From Tissierellia bacterium (GTDB lineage: Bacteria; Bacillota; Clostridia; Tissierellales; Sedimentibacteraceae), in assembly GCA_012518555.1 (NCBI GenBank), contig JAAYRW010000055.1, positions 1 through 61,756 on the forward strand: a stretch of DNA of 61,756 bases, given 5' to 3'. Within the stretch, counting starts at the first letter, position 1. Each line of letters begins with the position of its first letter. The notes below the pieces were generated by a model that saw only the letters and a list, made by a program, of their open reading frames with translations, ran no database searches and had not been told where the DNA came from. Below, one piece after another: positions 47,230 through 56,148 of this stretch. The position numbers and the translations under genes are program-made.

Positions 47230-47817
47230 CTATTGTAAAAAATCTACAAATATATTTAAAGCTCTCGTTACTCCATCCTTTACTGCACCGGAGGAGAAAG
47301 TTGCCCCTGCTATTCCATCTACCGCATTAATACTATCTACTGAAGTAACATTATAAAATGCGCTCAAGAATTGCGGACTTTCAACTGCAGAACCTATACC
47401 TTCAGTTTCCCCATGATCGCCAATTTCAACTTGTAGAACTGTTCCAGTCAGATCTATATAGGTGAATACTTCCATAGCTCCACCATAACCATTTGGGCTT
47501 ACAAGAATTTTATATCCTACCATTTCACCATCAATGTATGCTTCTTCAATTGTCTGTAAAGAACGTACTTCTTCTTTTATAGCTTCTATTTCGTCATTAT
47601 CTATTGTTACATATTCTGCATTTGGAAATGCTTCTACTATTTCAACAACTTCTTCCTCTTCTTCTATTTCTTCTATTTCTTCTATTTCTTCTATATCTTC
47701 TTCCACTGCCGGTTGAGCATCTTCAGGCTCCTCGGCTGAAGTTGGACTACCACATCCAACTAATACTAAAAGCATTGTTATTAAAAGAAATGCTGTCATT
47801 TTTTTTATATTTTTCAT
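47230..47817 (-). CDS. FMN-binding (flavinylated) lipoprotein
   Basis: Lipobox LVGC, acidic EEI-repeat linker, GYGG, ETEGIG, DGIAGATFSS flavinylation motif. Confidence 0.88.
   Translation of the reverse strand: MKNIKKMTAFLLITMLLVLVGCGSPTSAEEPEDAQPAVEEDIEEIEEIEEIEEEEEVVEIVEAFPNAEYVTIDNDEIEAIKEEVRSLQTIEEAYIDGEMVGYKILVSPNGYGGAMEVFTYIDLTGTVLQVEIGDHGETEGIGSAVESPQFLSAFYNVTSVDSINAVDGIAGATFSSGAVKDGVTRALNIFVDFLQ
47659..47703. repeat. 9-bp coding tandem repeat (EEI)n
   Basis: About four TTCTTCTAT units encoding the IEEIEEIEEIEE linker. Confidence 0.75.
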
Positions 47818-47845
47818 GTCTTCGCTCCTATTTTTGTAAATTGTT

Positions 47846-47873
47846 ATATAGAGGTAGAAAACTACCTCTATAT
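47846..47873. other. Intercistronic stem-loop
   Basis: ATATAGAGGTAG-AAAA-CTACCTCTATAT between the reductase and FMN-binding genes; no U-tract on the minus strand. Confidence 0.65.
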
Positions 47874-47877
47874 TATT

Positions 47878-49482
47878 TTAAGCTTTAGCAGCTTTTCCTG
47901 CTAAGTATCCAAAGGTTCCTGCTATAGCGATACCGCCTGCGTATATGGATCTAAAAATACCGCCTGCTGCTGGTGGTACAGCATATAAACCTGGAATAGG
48001 TCTTCTTTGATAATCTAAAACTTCAGTTTTTTCATTGATTTCTATGCCGCCATATGTACAGTAAATTTGTGCTGTAGTTGGAATTGCATAGAAAGGAGGT
48101 GTACTGATTTTGTAGTGTCCAGTAACTCTTGGAATATCTAACTCATCTGCTCTCCCTGCATCAATTGCAGCATTATATTCATTTATAGTTTTAAGGAAAA
48201 CCTTCTTATATACTCCTTGTAGACTCAAGCCTTCTGCAAGTTCTTCTAAGCTATCAGCTACAACAACCTTGCCGCCTTCAGCAATTATTTGGTCAACTAA
48301 GGCATGGGAACCAGGAGTATCTTCTGCGATAATTTCATCAGCAATCATGTAAGCCATACCTTCTCTTTGCTCTAAAACAGCTTGAGGTAATCTGGCATAT
48401 TTAGATTGAATTACGCAGGACTCATCTCTAAATCTTTTCCCATCTAAATTAACTAGAATCCCCTTTGCTTCCGTAGGATTTAACAAACCAACCCACATTG
48501 GCGGTGATATTCTACCTACTCCTACACCAGGCATAGTTTCAGGATCTTCTGCTACGATTCTTTCGTATTCCTCAGGATCGTCCACTACTGGAGTAGTAGG
48601 TGTTAAGGCACTGAATGTACCTGACCAAGTACTCATTCCGCCGCTTAGTATTGCCCCTACTGACTGAGCCATCATAATACCATCCCCTGTGTTGTAGGGT
48701 ACACCCATGTTTCTTGCAGTATCAGCATAAGGGCCTACATATTTTTGTAACATTTCTTTGTTTGCCATAAAGTTTCCTGTTGCTAATATTACGGAGGTGG
48801 CCTTTATATTGATTAATTGACCTTCCTTGTTCATAGCCTGTAAACCTATTACGTGATTATCTTCATTAGTTATTAGTTTATAGGCACGTGTATTTAACAT
48901 AATAGTACCGCCTTTACTTTCGGTAAAATTAGCTAAATGATTGAAATACTTACGTTTTCCTACGTGAGCTATATCACCTTGCTCACCTAAACGTGGGTCT
49001 ATGGTAGGTCCATAGGCATTAGGGTCACCAGGCACTAAGGGTGCTCCTATAGATTCAAGCCATGGGAAGTAATCTTTTCTTAGTGTTTCAACAAAAAGTT
49101 TCGCTAATACAGGATGATGAAGACCCTCAGTGTATTCATTATATTCCTCAAAGTTTTGTAAACCCCAAGCATGAATAACACCACCTGACCAAGCACTTCC
49201 ACCGCCAACAATACTACTGATTTCTAAAAGGATTACTTTTTTTCCTTCATCTACAGCAGCTGCTGCTGCAGATAAACCACCATTACCGGCTCCTGCAATA
49301 ACAACATCAGTTTCATAATCCCATTTTTCAGGTGTTTCAACAGCTTCAGCTGCTGGTGCTGGTGCTGGTTGTTCAGTATTAGTGGCCGCTACTCCACAGG
49401 CTGATAAAGCTCCTGCCCCTGCAACTACAGCAGTTCCAATAGCCGCCTTTTTTAAAAAATCTCTCCTATTTAATTCTCCCAT
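47878..49482 (-). CDS. Tat-exported lipoprotein FAD-dependent oxidoreductase (FAD_binding_2, flavocytochrome c/fumarate reductase superfamily)
   Basis: NRRDFLK twin-arginine motif, LSAC lipobox, GAGNGG, VILATG, NTGDG, G.RF.DE, T.GG, IPGLYA. Confidence 0.9.
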   Translation of the reverse strand: MGELNRRDFLKKAAIGTAVVAGAGALSACGVAATNTEQPAPAPAAEAVETPEKWDYETDVVIAGAGNGGLSAAAAAVDEGKKVILLEISSIVGGGSAWSGGVIHAWGLQNFEEYNEYTEGLHHPVLAKLFVETLRKDYFPWLESIGAPLVPGDPNAYGPTIDPRLGEQGDIAHVGKRKYFNHLANFTESKGGTIMLNTRAYKLITNEDNHVIGLQAMNKEGQLINIKATSVILATGNFMANKEMLQKYVGPYADTARNMGVPYNTGDGIMMAQSVGAILSGGMSTWSGTFSALTPTTPVVDDPEEYERIVAEDPETMPGVGVGRISPPMWVGLLNPTEAKGILVNLDGKRFRDESCVIQSKYARLPQAVLEQREGMAYMIADEIIAEDTPGSHALVDQIIAEGGKVVVADSLEELAEGLSLQGVYKKVFLKTINEYNAAIDAGRADELDIPRVTGHYKISTPPFYAIPTTAQIYCTYGGIEINEKTEVLDYQRRPIPGLYAVPPAAGGIFRSIYAGGIAIAGTFGYLAGKAAKA

Positions 49483-49580
49483 TCTTTCCTCCTTGTATTT
49501 TATAAGCCTTAAGGCTTAAATTAATTGAGTAATAAAGCAATTTTGAATATTAAGTTCTGTATACTTTAAGCTTTCCTTGA

Positions 49581-49598
49581 TTGTTAAAGTATTGTCAA
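49581..49598. promoter_or_regulatory. Putative Rex operator upstream of the flavin oxidoreductase
   Basis: TTGTTAA-AGTA-TTGTCAA, two mismatches to the clostridial Rex consensus TTGTTAANNNNTTAACAA. Confidence 0.45.
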
Positions 49599-49690
49599 AA
49601 ATCTTCCTAATAATCTAAAGATAGTGTAAGACAAGGGGTTAACCCCATGTCAAGCCTATTTTTTCCATACACTTTTGAATATTTACAAGC

Positions 49691-49714
49691 AAACCTTGGG
49701 TCGACCCAAGGTTT
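49691..49714. repeat. Perfect 24-bp palindrome
   Basis: AAACCTTGGGTCGACCCAAGGTTT. Confidence 0.8.
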
Positions 49715-49735
49715 AGAAAAAGTTGTCTAAGACAC

Positions 49736-49764
49736 AAAAAACTTGGATAATACCAAGTTTTTTT
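49736..49764 (-). terminator. Terminator of the ABC transporter operon
   Basis: AAAAAACTTGG-ATAATA-CCAAGTTTTTTT just after the permease stop. Confidence 0.8.
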
Positions 49765-49769
49765 GTTAT

Positions 49770-51125
49770 TTATTGTCTTTTCAAAGCTTCTACTGGTGGA
49801 AGGTTGGACGCATTTATAGCAGGATACACACCGAACAAGAGTCCGGAAGTCAGTGCAACGAACACTGCCACTCTAATAGAGTCTAAACTTACAACTGCTG
49901 AAAGACCATAGTTTGCTACTATACTTACTGCCCAGGCTCCTAAAATAATCCCCACTATACATCCGATTATACTTACGTAGACGGCTTCAAGTAAAAACTG
50001 TATTAATAAATCTTCCTTTTTAGCTCCTAAGGCTCTCCTTACTCCTATTTCTCCAGTTCTTTCTGTAACTGCCACCAGCATTATATTCATAATTCCTATG
50101 CCTCCTACTAAGAGAGACACTGCAGCAATCCCCCCTAATAGAACGGTCATTATTCTATTTGCTTGATCAGCTTCCTGAACTAAATTATTTAAACTGGTTA
50201 TGGTGAGAGCTTCTTCGCCCCTTTCAAAAACATTTTCTTTTTCACCAGCTACAGTTGGTTCTTCTGGCATCGGTTCCTCTATTGGCATATCCATACCTTC
50301 ATCTATAATTCCACCTTCACCAGGGTCTTCCTCGTTTCCGCTTCCAGGTTTTATATTGCTTCCCATTCCTACTTTTCTTTTATAAATTCTCCCCAATTGT
50401 ACCATAGCTAATTCCGCATCTTCTGAACTGTTTGATTTAGCCCATACTTCCAATATATCTTTCGTTTCGGCTATTGTCATGGCAGAAGTATAAGGAATTA
50501 CGATTTTATCGTCGATTCCATCTCCTTTACCTTCACCTTTTTGGCTTAAAACCCCTACAATTCTATAATTTATGCCGTTAATACTTATACTTTGACCAAC
50601 AGGGCTCCTTCCGTTTAGCAGGGAGTTTCCTACATTAAAACCTAAGACTGCCACGGGAGATCTTTGTTTTACGTGAAGAGATGTAAAAAAATTTCCTGAA
50701 ATCACCGGGTGGTCCTTTATCTGAGGATAATTTTCATTAACCCCTACAAGATTAGTTTCACTTTCATCTCTTCTCCACCTTATAGCTGTATCTTCCGTAT
50801 AGATAACAGGGCTTGCATATTCAATTCCTGTTACTCTATCCGGTAATATTTCTACTTCTTCTATATCGAACTTAACATTTTCTGCATTGGATTTTAAAAC
50901 AATAACATTCTCACCTAAACTTTCAAACTGTGCAACTATTGACCTTCTAGCCCCTTCCCCTATACCCATCAAACTGATTACAGCTGCAACCCCTATGGAA
51001 ATACCAAGGACTGTTAAAAACGTTCTAAGTAAATTGGATGTTATGCCGTCTAATGCCATCATGGCAGAAAATTTCAACCTTACTAGAAGGTTTGAAATAT
51101 TTCCTCTTTCCTGCATCTTCATCAC
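49770..51125 (-). CDS. MacB/YknZ-like ABC transporter permease
   Basis: RTFLTVLGISIGV, SLLVGGIGIMNIMLVAVTERTGEIGVRRALGA, FGVYPA. Confidence 0.93.
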   Translation of the reverse strand: MMKMQERGNISNLLVRLKFSAMMALDGITSNLLRTFLTVLGISIGVAAVISLMGIGEGARRSIVAQFESLGENVIVLKSNAENVKFDIEEVEILPDRVTGIEYASPVIYTEDTAIRWRRDESETNLVGVNENYPQIKDHPVISGNFFTSLHVKQRSPVAVLGFNVGNSLLNGRSPVGQSISINGINYRIVGVLSQKGEGKGDGIDDKIVIPYTSAMTIAETKDILEVWAKSNSSEDAELAMVQLGRIYKRKVGMGSNIKPGSGNEEDPGEGGIIDEGMDMPIEEPMPEEPTVAGEKENVFERGEEALTITSLNNLVQEADQANRIMTVLLGGIAAVSLLVGGIGIMNIMLVAVTERTGEIGVRRALGAKKEDLLIQFLLEAVYVSIIGCIVGIILGAWAVSIVANYGLSAVVSLDSIRVAVFVALTSGLLFGVYPAINASNLPPVEALKRQ

Positions 51126-51128
51126 TCC

Positions 51129-52877
51129 TTAATTTGTAGTTGGCAAGAATGAATCATTGTTTGGTACAGACTGACTAGGCATTAAATCACTTGTACTACC
51201 TGTAACTACAAGCTGACCTTCTTCCAAGCCGCTTAGAACTTCAACGTACATATCATTCATCAAGCCTGCTTCGATTTCAACTACCTCTAGCTGGTTTTCT
51301 CCAACTAAAATTTCAACTTTCTGCCTACCGTTTTCTTCAAACACAGCCTCTATAGGAACTAAGAGTGTATCTAAAGATTCTCCCGAGTCTACGAAACAGT
51401 TAGTATTCATTCCCGGTCTTAAACCTTCCCTACCTTCTACTCTTATCTGTACATTGTAAACAGTCTTACCGTCCCTATAATCTGTATATTGGTCAAGTCT
51501 TATAACTTTTCCATCAAATGTTTCGCCAGGAAGTGCATCTACAGTTATTACTACGGGAGCATCCTGTCTTATATAAAGAACATCTAAGTCAGAAACTGTA
51601 GTGTATATATACATTTCATCGGTATTGTACATATCCATAAGCATTAAATCCCATTGATCACTGTTTTCATTGGCAGTTAGTTGATCTCCTTCTCTATAAT
51701 TTACATAAGATATCATTCCGTCTGAAGGTGCTGTAACCATCATTTTAGAAGTAAGCTCTGAAATTTTATCTATTTTTTTATAGGTATTATCAATTTCATC
51801 ATAGAGGGCATTTATTGCATCAATTCTAGTCTGAATACTTTCTGCTACATCATTACCTGCAATTCTTACAAGGGTTTGACCTTCTTCAACAAATTCATTT
51901 TCTGTTACTAATACTTCTGTTACAATTACTGATGTATCGAAGTTGCCTGTATAATGCACCCTTTTTTCGTTTAAATAAGAGGAAACTGATGCATTGAAGT
52001 TAAAGGACTGAGTAGGAGTGCCATTGTCTTGCTTATACAGAATAGCTTCCATTCCTGGTTGTATAAGTCCAGGGTTTATTGCCTCTATCATGCCATTATG
52101 TACATAGTAAAGATTATCCGAATTAGGTACAGCATTTTCATTTATTGATTTAACCGTTCCTTTAACAAATCCACTAAATGCAGGAACTTTTTTATCTTTT
52201 CCATCTTCCTGAATAACCTTCATAATTTGCATTAAAACTTCTTCGCCCACACTAAGATTGTCGAACTCATATTGATTTACTTTAAAGGGTATTTTTACAA
52301 CACTATCATCTACAATAGTAGCAATTAAGCTGCTTTCTAATATATCACCTTCTGTTATGGATATATCGCTTACTCTACCCCTTATAGGTGCACTAATAAC
52401 AATACCATCATTAGGATTTACTTGAGAAAGGCTGGTAATATCCCTATTTATTATTTTTCCTAAGTCGGTAATCCTTGTATTTATCTCTTCCTGTTTCTTT
52501 TGAACGCTGTCAGTTAAATCTGTCAATATATCTCCCAAGTTTGTTGCAGACAGACGTACTAAATTGTCATCCTTCTTAACCATTTGATTAGGTTCTACAA
52601 GAACTTCTTCCACTGTATATGTCACTGAAACACTCATACCATTAGAATCGGTAATACCTTCCGGTCGTGGTGCTGTTATTGAACCTCCCCAGTTTCCACT
52701 TAACTGTCCTGAAATATTTACTCCTTGTTTTATATCTCCCCTTTCAACTGCTTTAGTTGAATACCTGGGACCATCAGTAGCTTGTGAACTGGTGGGAACT
52801 AACTGTTTAGCAGTTAAATACCCTCCAAAAAATACTAATCCTATTACTATTGCGCCTGAAATAATTTTTTTATACAT
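51129..52877 (-). CDS. MacA/YknX-like membrane fusion (adaptor) protein, long form
   Basis: N-terminal anchor, repeated lipoyl/AP..G motifs, LRPGMN, LLVPIEAV, EVLSGL.EG. Confidence 0.85.
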   Translation of the reverse strand: MYKKIISGAIVIGLVFFGGYLTAKQLVPTSSQATDGPRYSTKAVERGDIKQGVNISGQLSGNWGGSITAPRPEGITDSNGMSVSVTYTVEEVLVEPNQMVKKDDNLVRLSATNLGDILTDLTDSVQKKQEEINTRITDLGKIINRDITSLSQVNPNDGIVISAPIRGRVSDISITEGDILESSLIATIVDDSVVKIPFKVNQYEFDNLSVGEEVLMQIMKVIQEDGKDKKVPAFSGFVKGTVKSINENAVPNSDNLYYVHNGMIEAINPGLIQPGMEAILYKQDNGTPTQSFNFNASVSSYLNEKRVHYTGNFDTSVIVTEVLVTENEFVEEGQTLVRIAGNDVAESIQTRIDAINALYDEIDNTYKKIDKISELTSKMMVTAPSDGMISYVNYREGDQLTANENSDQWDLMLMDMYNTDEMYIYTTVSDLDVLYIRQDAPVVITVDALPGETFDGKVIRLDQYTDYRDGKTVYNVQIRVEGREGLRPGMNTNCFVDSGESLDTLLVPIEAVFEENGRQKVEILVGENQLEVVEIEAGLMNDMYVEVLSGLEEGQLVVTGSTSDLMPSQSVPNNDSFLPTTN

Positions 52878-53568
52878 CTTTTTCCTCCACCAAACTATCG
52901 GATACTATTTGACCATCTACCAATCTTATAATTCTCCTGCCGTACTCGGCAATTTCTTCTTCGTGGGTCACTTGGACGATAGTCATTGATTTCTTCTCAT
53001 TTAATTCTATAAATAGGTCCATAATCATTTCGCCAGATTTAGAATCTAACGCTCCTGTAGGTTCATCGGCTAAAATAATTGACGGATTTCCTACTATTGC
53101 TCGTGCTATAGCCACTCTCTGCTGCTGTCCTCCTGACAACTGAGCTGGCAAATGAGTCATCCTGTCCTTTAATCCAACCTGCTCCAATGCGGCTTCAGCA
53201 AGTTCTCTTCTTAATTTTGAGTTTAACCCTCTGTATATAAGAGGGATTTCAACATTCTTAAGTGCATTCATCCTGGGCAGCAAATGAAAGCTCTGAAAGA
53301 CAAATCCAATGAACAAATTTCTTACCTCTGACATTTTAGAATCACTTAATTTGTTCACCTGGGTTCCTGCCAATTCATATGTTCCGTCAGAAGAGTGGTC
53401 TAAGCATCCTATTAAATTTAACAATGTTGACTTTCCAGAACCGGAGGGTCCCATTATTGATACGAATTCCTTTTCCTTAATTTCAAAGGAAATGTTCTTT
53501 AATGCTTCAACCTTTATTTGTCCCGATTTGTAAAGCTTGGAGATATTCTCCATTTTAATAATTTCCAT
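52870..53568 (-). CDS. MacB/LolD-like ABC transporter ATP-binding protein
   Basis: GPSGSGKST, LSGGQQQRVAIARA, ADEPTGALD, VTH. Start at MEIIK. Confidence 0.95.
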   Translation of the reverse strand: MEIIKMENISKLYKSGQIKVEALKNISFEIKEKEFVSIMGPSGSGKSTLLNLIGCLDHSSDGTYELAGTQVNKLSDSKMSEVRNLFIGFVFQSFHLLPRMNALKNVEIPLIYRGLNSKLRRELAEAALEQVGLKDRMTHLPAQLSGGQQQRVAIARAIVGNPSIILADEPTGALDSKSGEMIMDLFIELNEKKSMTIVQVTHEEEIAEYGRRIIRLVDGQIVSDSLVEEKDV

Positions 53569-53703
53569 TTTCCACCTCTCTTTTCCATCAGTCAATATAT
53601 TAGACGATAATTTTAAGAAAAAGTTCACTTAATTTTAATATATTTTAAAATATTTCTTCTACCATTCTAAAAAGGAGTTGTAACCAAAACTAAACGACAA
53701 TTA

Positions 53704-53740
53704 GTCATTTTCAGATTAACTATCCAGATCTGAAAAGGAC
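53704..53740. other. Inverted repeat downstream of the kinase-like gene
   Basis: GTCATTTTCAGAT ... ATCTGAAAAGGAC. Confidence 0.55.
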
Positions 53741-53774
53741 CAAAAGTCGTTATTGATACTTTTATTCTTGAAGA

Positions 53775-55217
53775 TTACTTCATTACATCGATAAATATAG
53801 AGTCGATCCACACCCTATTTTCGCCTTCATATTCTATGTAAATATTTAAAAGTTCAGCATCGGTAACATTTATAGGTACACTGACTTGTGACCAAATATC
53901 ATCGTATACATCCACTAGGGTATGGAAATTAGACTTTATAGCTCCATTTTTATATGCTTCAAAAACTACTAAAGCCTCTAAATCCTTCTCAGCCCTTATC
54001 TTTGCTGAAACTCCTATTTGCTGCATTAACATATAGCTGTAATTTTCATCTGTAAAGTCTACTGCTGCGAACAAGGCCTTAACCTTCCCCGGGCCTGTAT
54101 TTGCAACCATTAAGGAGTTTGTTCCTTCTAAGAATATATTCTTGTCGATTTCTGCCTTTTCACCACTATAGCCAATACTTTCTATAAGTTGGTCGTTAAA
54201 ATGAACTAAAGTTGAATCAATAGCAGGATCTTCTATATTTTCATCAATTTCCTCAATTTCCTCCGCTTGTTGCTCCGGTTTTTGCCCTATTTCAGTCTCT
54301 AACGGATTAATAACTGGCTCTGCTTCATCTTCCTTACCTCTAACTTTTTTTATAATAGAGTTTCCAACAAGAAGTACTGCTACTACAATTAACAAGGAAA
54401 GGACAGCTCTTTTTATTTCCTTGCTTATAGGTGGCTTTTTCTTTTTAGTAGGCTCCTGCTCTTCATTTTCTAAATATATGTTAAGAACTTTATCTTCCGG
54501 CTGTTTTTGTGTACTATTAATTGAAGGACTTTCTCTTTCCCTATCTATTTCCCTATATTCATTTACAGTTCCCCCGAACAGCATAGTATATATAGAGGAT
54601 CTTTTCAGCTCTTCTAAAGCATCCTTAGGGAAAATATATTCTTTAGTTAAGCACCTTACTACTATTTTTAATATATCCGGCGGAATTGTATCAGAAACAT
54701 TGTAATCGATGATTTCTGTCCCGGAAAATATCATATGTATTACATCGCCTAACCTTCTGAAAGTTTCATTGTCTGCTATGTCGTATTCTTGTTCAAATAT
54801 TAGATTACAGTCTACTACTATACTATCATTTTCATCAATATACAGCCTGTCTAAATCTAAAATCTTCTGTTGTACCACATCGGTCATATTATAAATACTA
54901 TGAGCTAAAACTATTGATTTCTCCGTTAAAGAAAACTGCTGTTTCAATGTAAGGGAATTATTTACATAGTCACTGAACTTTCTGCAATCATTATCTAATG
55001 GTTTTGTGAAAATAAAAATTCGGTCTTCTGTATTGTAACACTCTAAAATATTAGAGTTTATTTGTTTCAAATCTTCAATATTTATTAAATTAATCAATTT
55101 TTGACTAGTTATTATATTGCTGTAAAATATTTCACCCGTAGCATTGTCTTTGCATTCTAAAATTCTTTGGAATACATTTTCATAAATAGTACGGATAATA
55201 GTGTAGTTATTATTCAT
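53775..55217 (-). CDS. Membrane protein with degenerate N-terminal protein-kinase-like domain and extracellular C-terminal domain
   Basis: Kinase-like layout (Y.II..I, LG.VIH.IFSG, IPPDILKIVVRCL) without the catalytic motifs; one TM; beta-rich C-terminus. Confidence 0.5.
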   Translation of the reverse strand: MNNNYTIIRTIYENVFQRILECKDNATGEIFYSNIITSQKLINLINIEDLKQINSNILECYNTEDRIFIFTKPLDNDCRKFSDYVNNSLTLKQQFSLTEKSIVLAHSIYNMTDVVQQKILDLDRLYIDENDSIVVDCNLIFEQEYDIADNETFRRLGDVIHMIFSGTEIIDYNVSDTIPPDILKIVVRCLTKEYIFPKDALEELKRSSIYTMLFGGTVNEYREIDRERESPSINSTQKQPEDKVLNIYLENEEQEPTKKKKPPISKEIKRAVLSLLIVVAVLLVGNSIIKKVRGKEDEAEPVINPLETEIGQKPEQQAEEIEEIDENIEDPAIDSTLVHFNDQLIESIGYSGEKAEIDKNIFLEGTNSLMVANTGPGKVKALFAAVDFTDENYSYMLMQQIGVSAKIRAEKDLEALVVFEAYKNGAIKSNFHTLVDVYDDIWSQVSVPINVTDAELLNIYIEYEGENRVWIDSIFIDVMK

Positions 55218-55318
55218 AGACAGACCTCCGAATATTCTTAACTATATCTTAACAACTATTTCGACAAAAATAAAGACTTATTTATAATTTATAACAAATT
55301 ATTAAAGGATGAGTATTA

Positions 55319-55609
55319 TTAGTCCTCATCCTTGTCAATTTCATATTCTACATCTTCAATTATATCTATATCTTGGTTATTATTTCCCCCTGAATTCCCA
55401 CTGTAGTACTTTTTTGTTTTATCATATACTCTTGTCAATAGAAAAGCTAACATTAGCAAATCATCTATTATACTGAAGCCGAATACAGGTGCAGGAATTA
55501 AATCTATCGGACTTATTATGTATATAAGGGGTATAATTACCCACCATTTTTCTTTTAGGGGTATATTTTTATCAAATAAAAACTTCAGTAGAAATAATAA
55601 TCTGTTCAT
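55319..55609 (-). CDS. DUF1232/YkvA family membrane protein
   Basis: YIISPIDLIP..FG..DD motif. Confidence 0.85.
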   Translation of the reverse strand: MNRLLFLLKFLFDKNIPLKEKWWVIIPLIYIISPIDLIPAPVFGFSIIDDLLMLAFLLTRVYDKTKKYYSGNSGGNNNQDIDIIEDVEYEIDKDED

Positions 55610-55617
55610 AGCAGGTC

Positions 55618-55980
55618 CTAAAGAATAAATTCAACATTAGGAAGTTTCTTTTGAAGTTTGGAAACGAAATTGTTTGATGGATTGTTTGAGCTTCCTAATA
55701 CAATATGGCTGCAATGGGTTTCTTCGGCATAAGAAACTATTGTTTTTATAACATCTTTTGATCGTTTAACAACTAAGTTAGCTCCTACTTCCTTAGTTAT
55801 TTCAAATAAATACTCCAATGCATCTCCGTCACTTAATCCGTATAGTAGTTTGTCATTTTCATTAACTACATGTATAACATTAAGACTACAGTTTTGTTCT
55901 TTCGATAACTGTGCGCCTTTTTGTATAAGCTTTGCACAAGTTTTCTGACGTGTAACACACACCAATATACTTTTAGGCAT
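55618..55980 (-). CDS. Universal stress protein (KdpD-Usp-like)
   Basis: ILVCVT.Q..C..LI..G, IHV, LEYLF, IVLG. The true start is ATG 55980 after AAGGAG; the longer ORF overlaps tRNA-Sec. Confidence 0.85.
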   Translation of the reverse strand: MPKSILVCVTRQKTCAKLIQKGAQLSKEQNCSLNVIHVVNENDKLLYGLSDGDALEYLFEITKEVGANLVVKRSKDVIKTIVSYAEETHCSHIVLGSSNNPSNNFVSKLQKKLPNVEFIL

Positions 55981-55999
55981 AATAATAATTCTCCTTAAT

Positions 56000-56097
56000 T
56001 GGCGGGAATAAATGGAAATTGAACCCACCCAGGACGCTATTAACGCCCCGCGACTGGTTTTGAAGACCAGGAGGCACACCAGCACCTATCTATCCCC
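56000..56097 (-). tRNA. selC: tRNA-Sec (anticodon UCA)
   Basis: 8-bp acceptor and 5-bp T stem, 6-bp D stem AGGTGC/GTGCCT with a 4-nt loop, CTGGT-CTTCAAA-ACCAG anticodon arm, long variable arm, ends GCCA. Confidence 0.95.
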
Positions 56098-56107
56098 ATC
56101 GAATTTT

Positions 56108-56136
56108 ATGATAACATACTGTCTCAACTATTTCAA
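56108..56136 (-). promoter_or_regulatory. Sigma-A promoter of selC
   Basis: Minus strand TTGAAA-N17-TATCAT with an extended TG. Confidence 0.65.
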
Positions 56137-56148
56137 GGATTTTTACAA

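Noticed and set aside
55981-56085. N-terminal extension of the Usp ORF
   Set aside because: It is the tRNA-Sec sequence; the real start is at 55980.
33276-56097. Genomic island or prophage integrated at tRNA-Leu or selC
   Set aside because: No integrase, no duplicated tRNA 3' end noticed, and the flanks are core genes.
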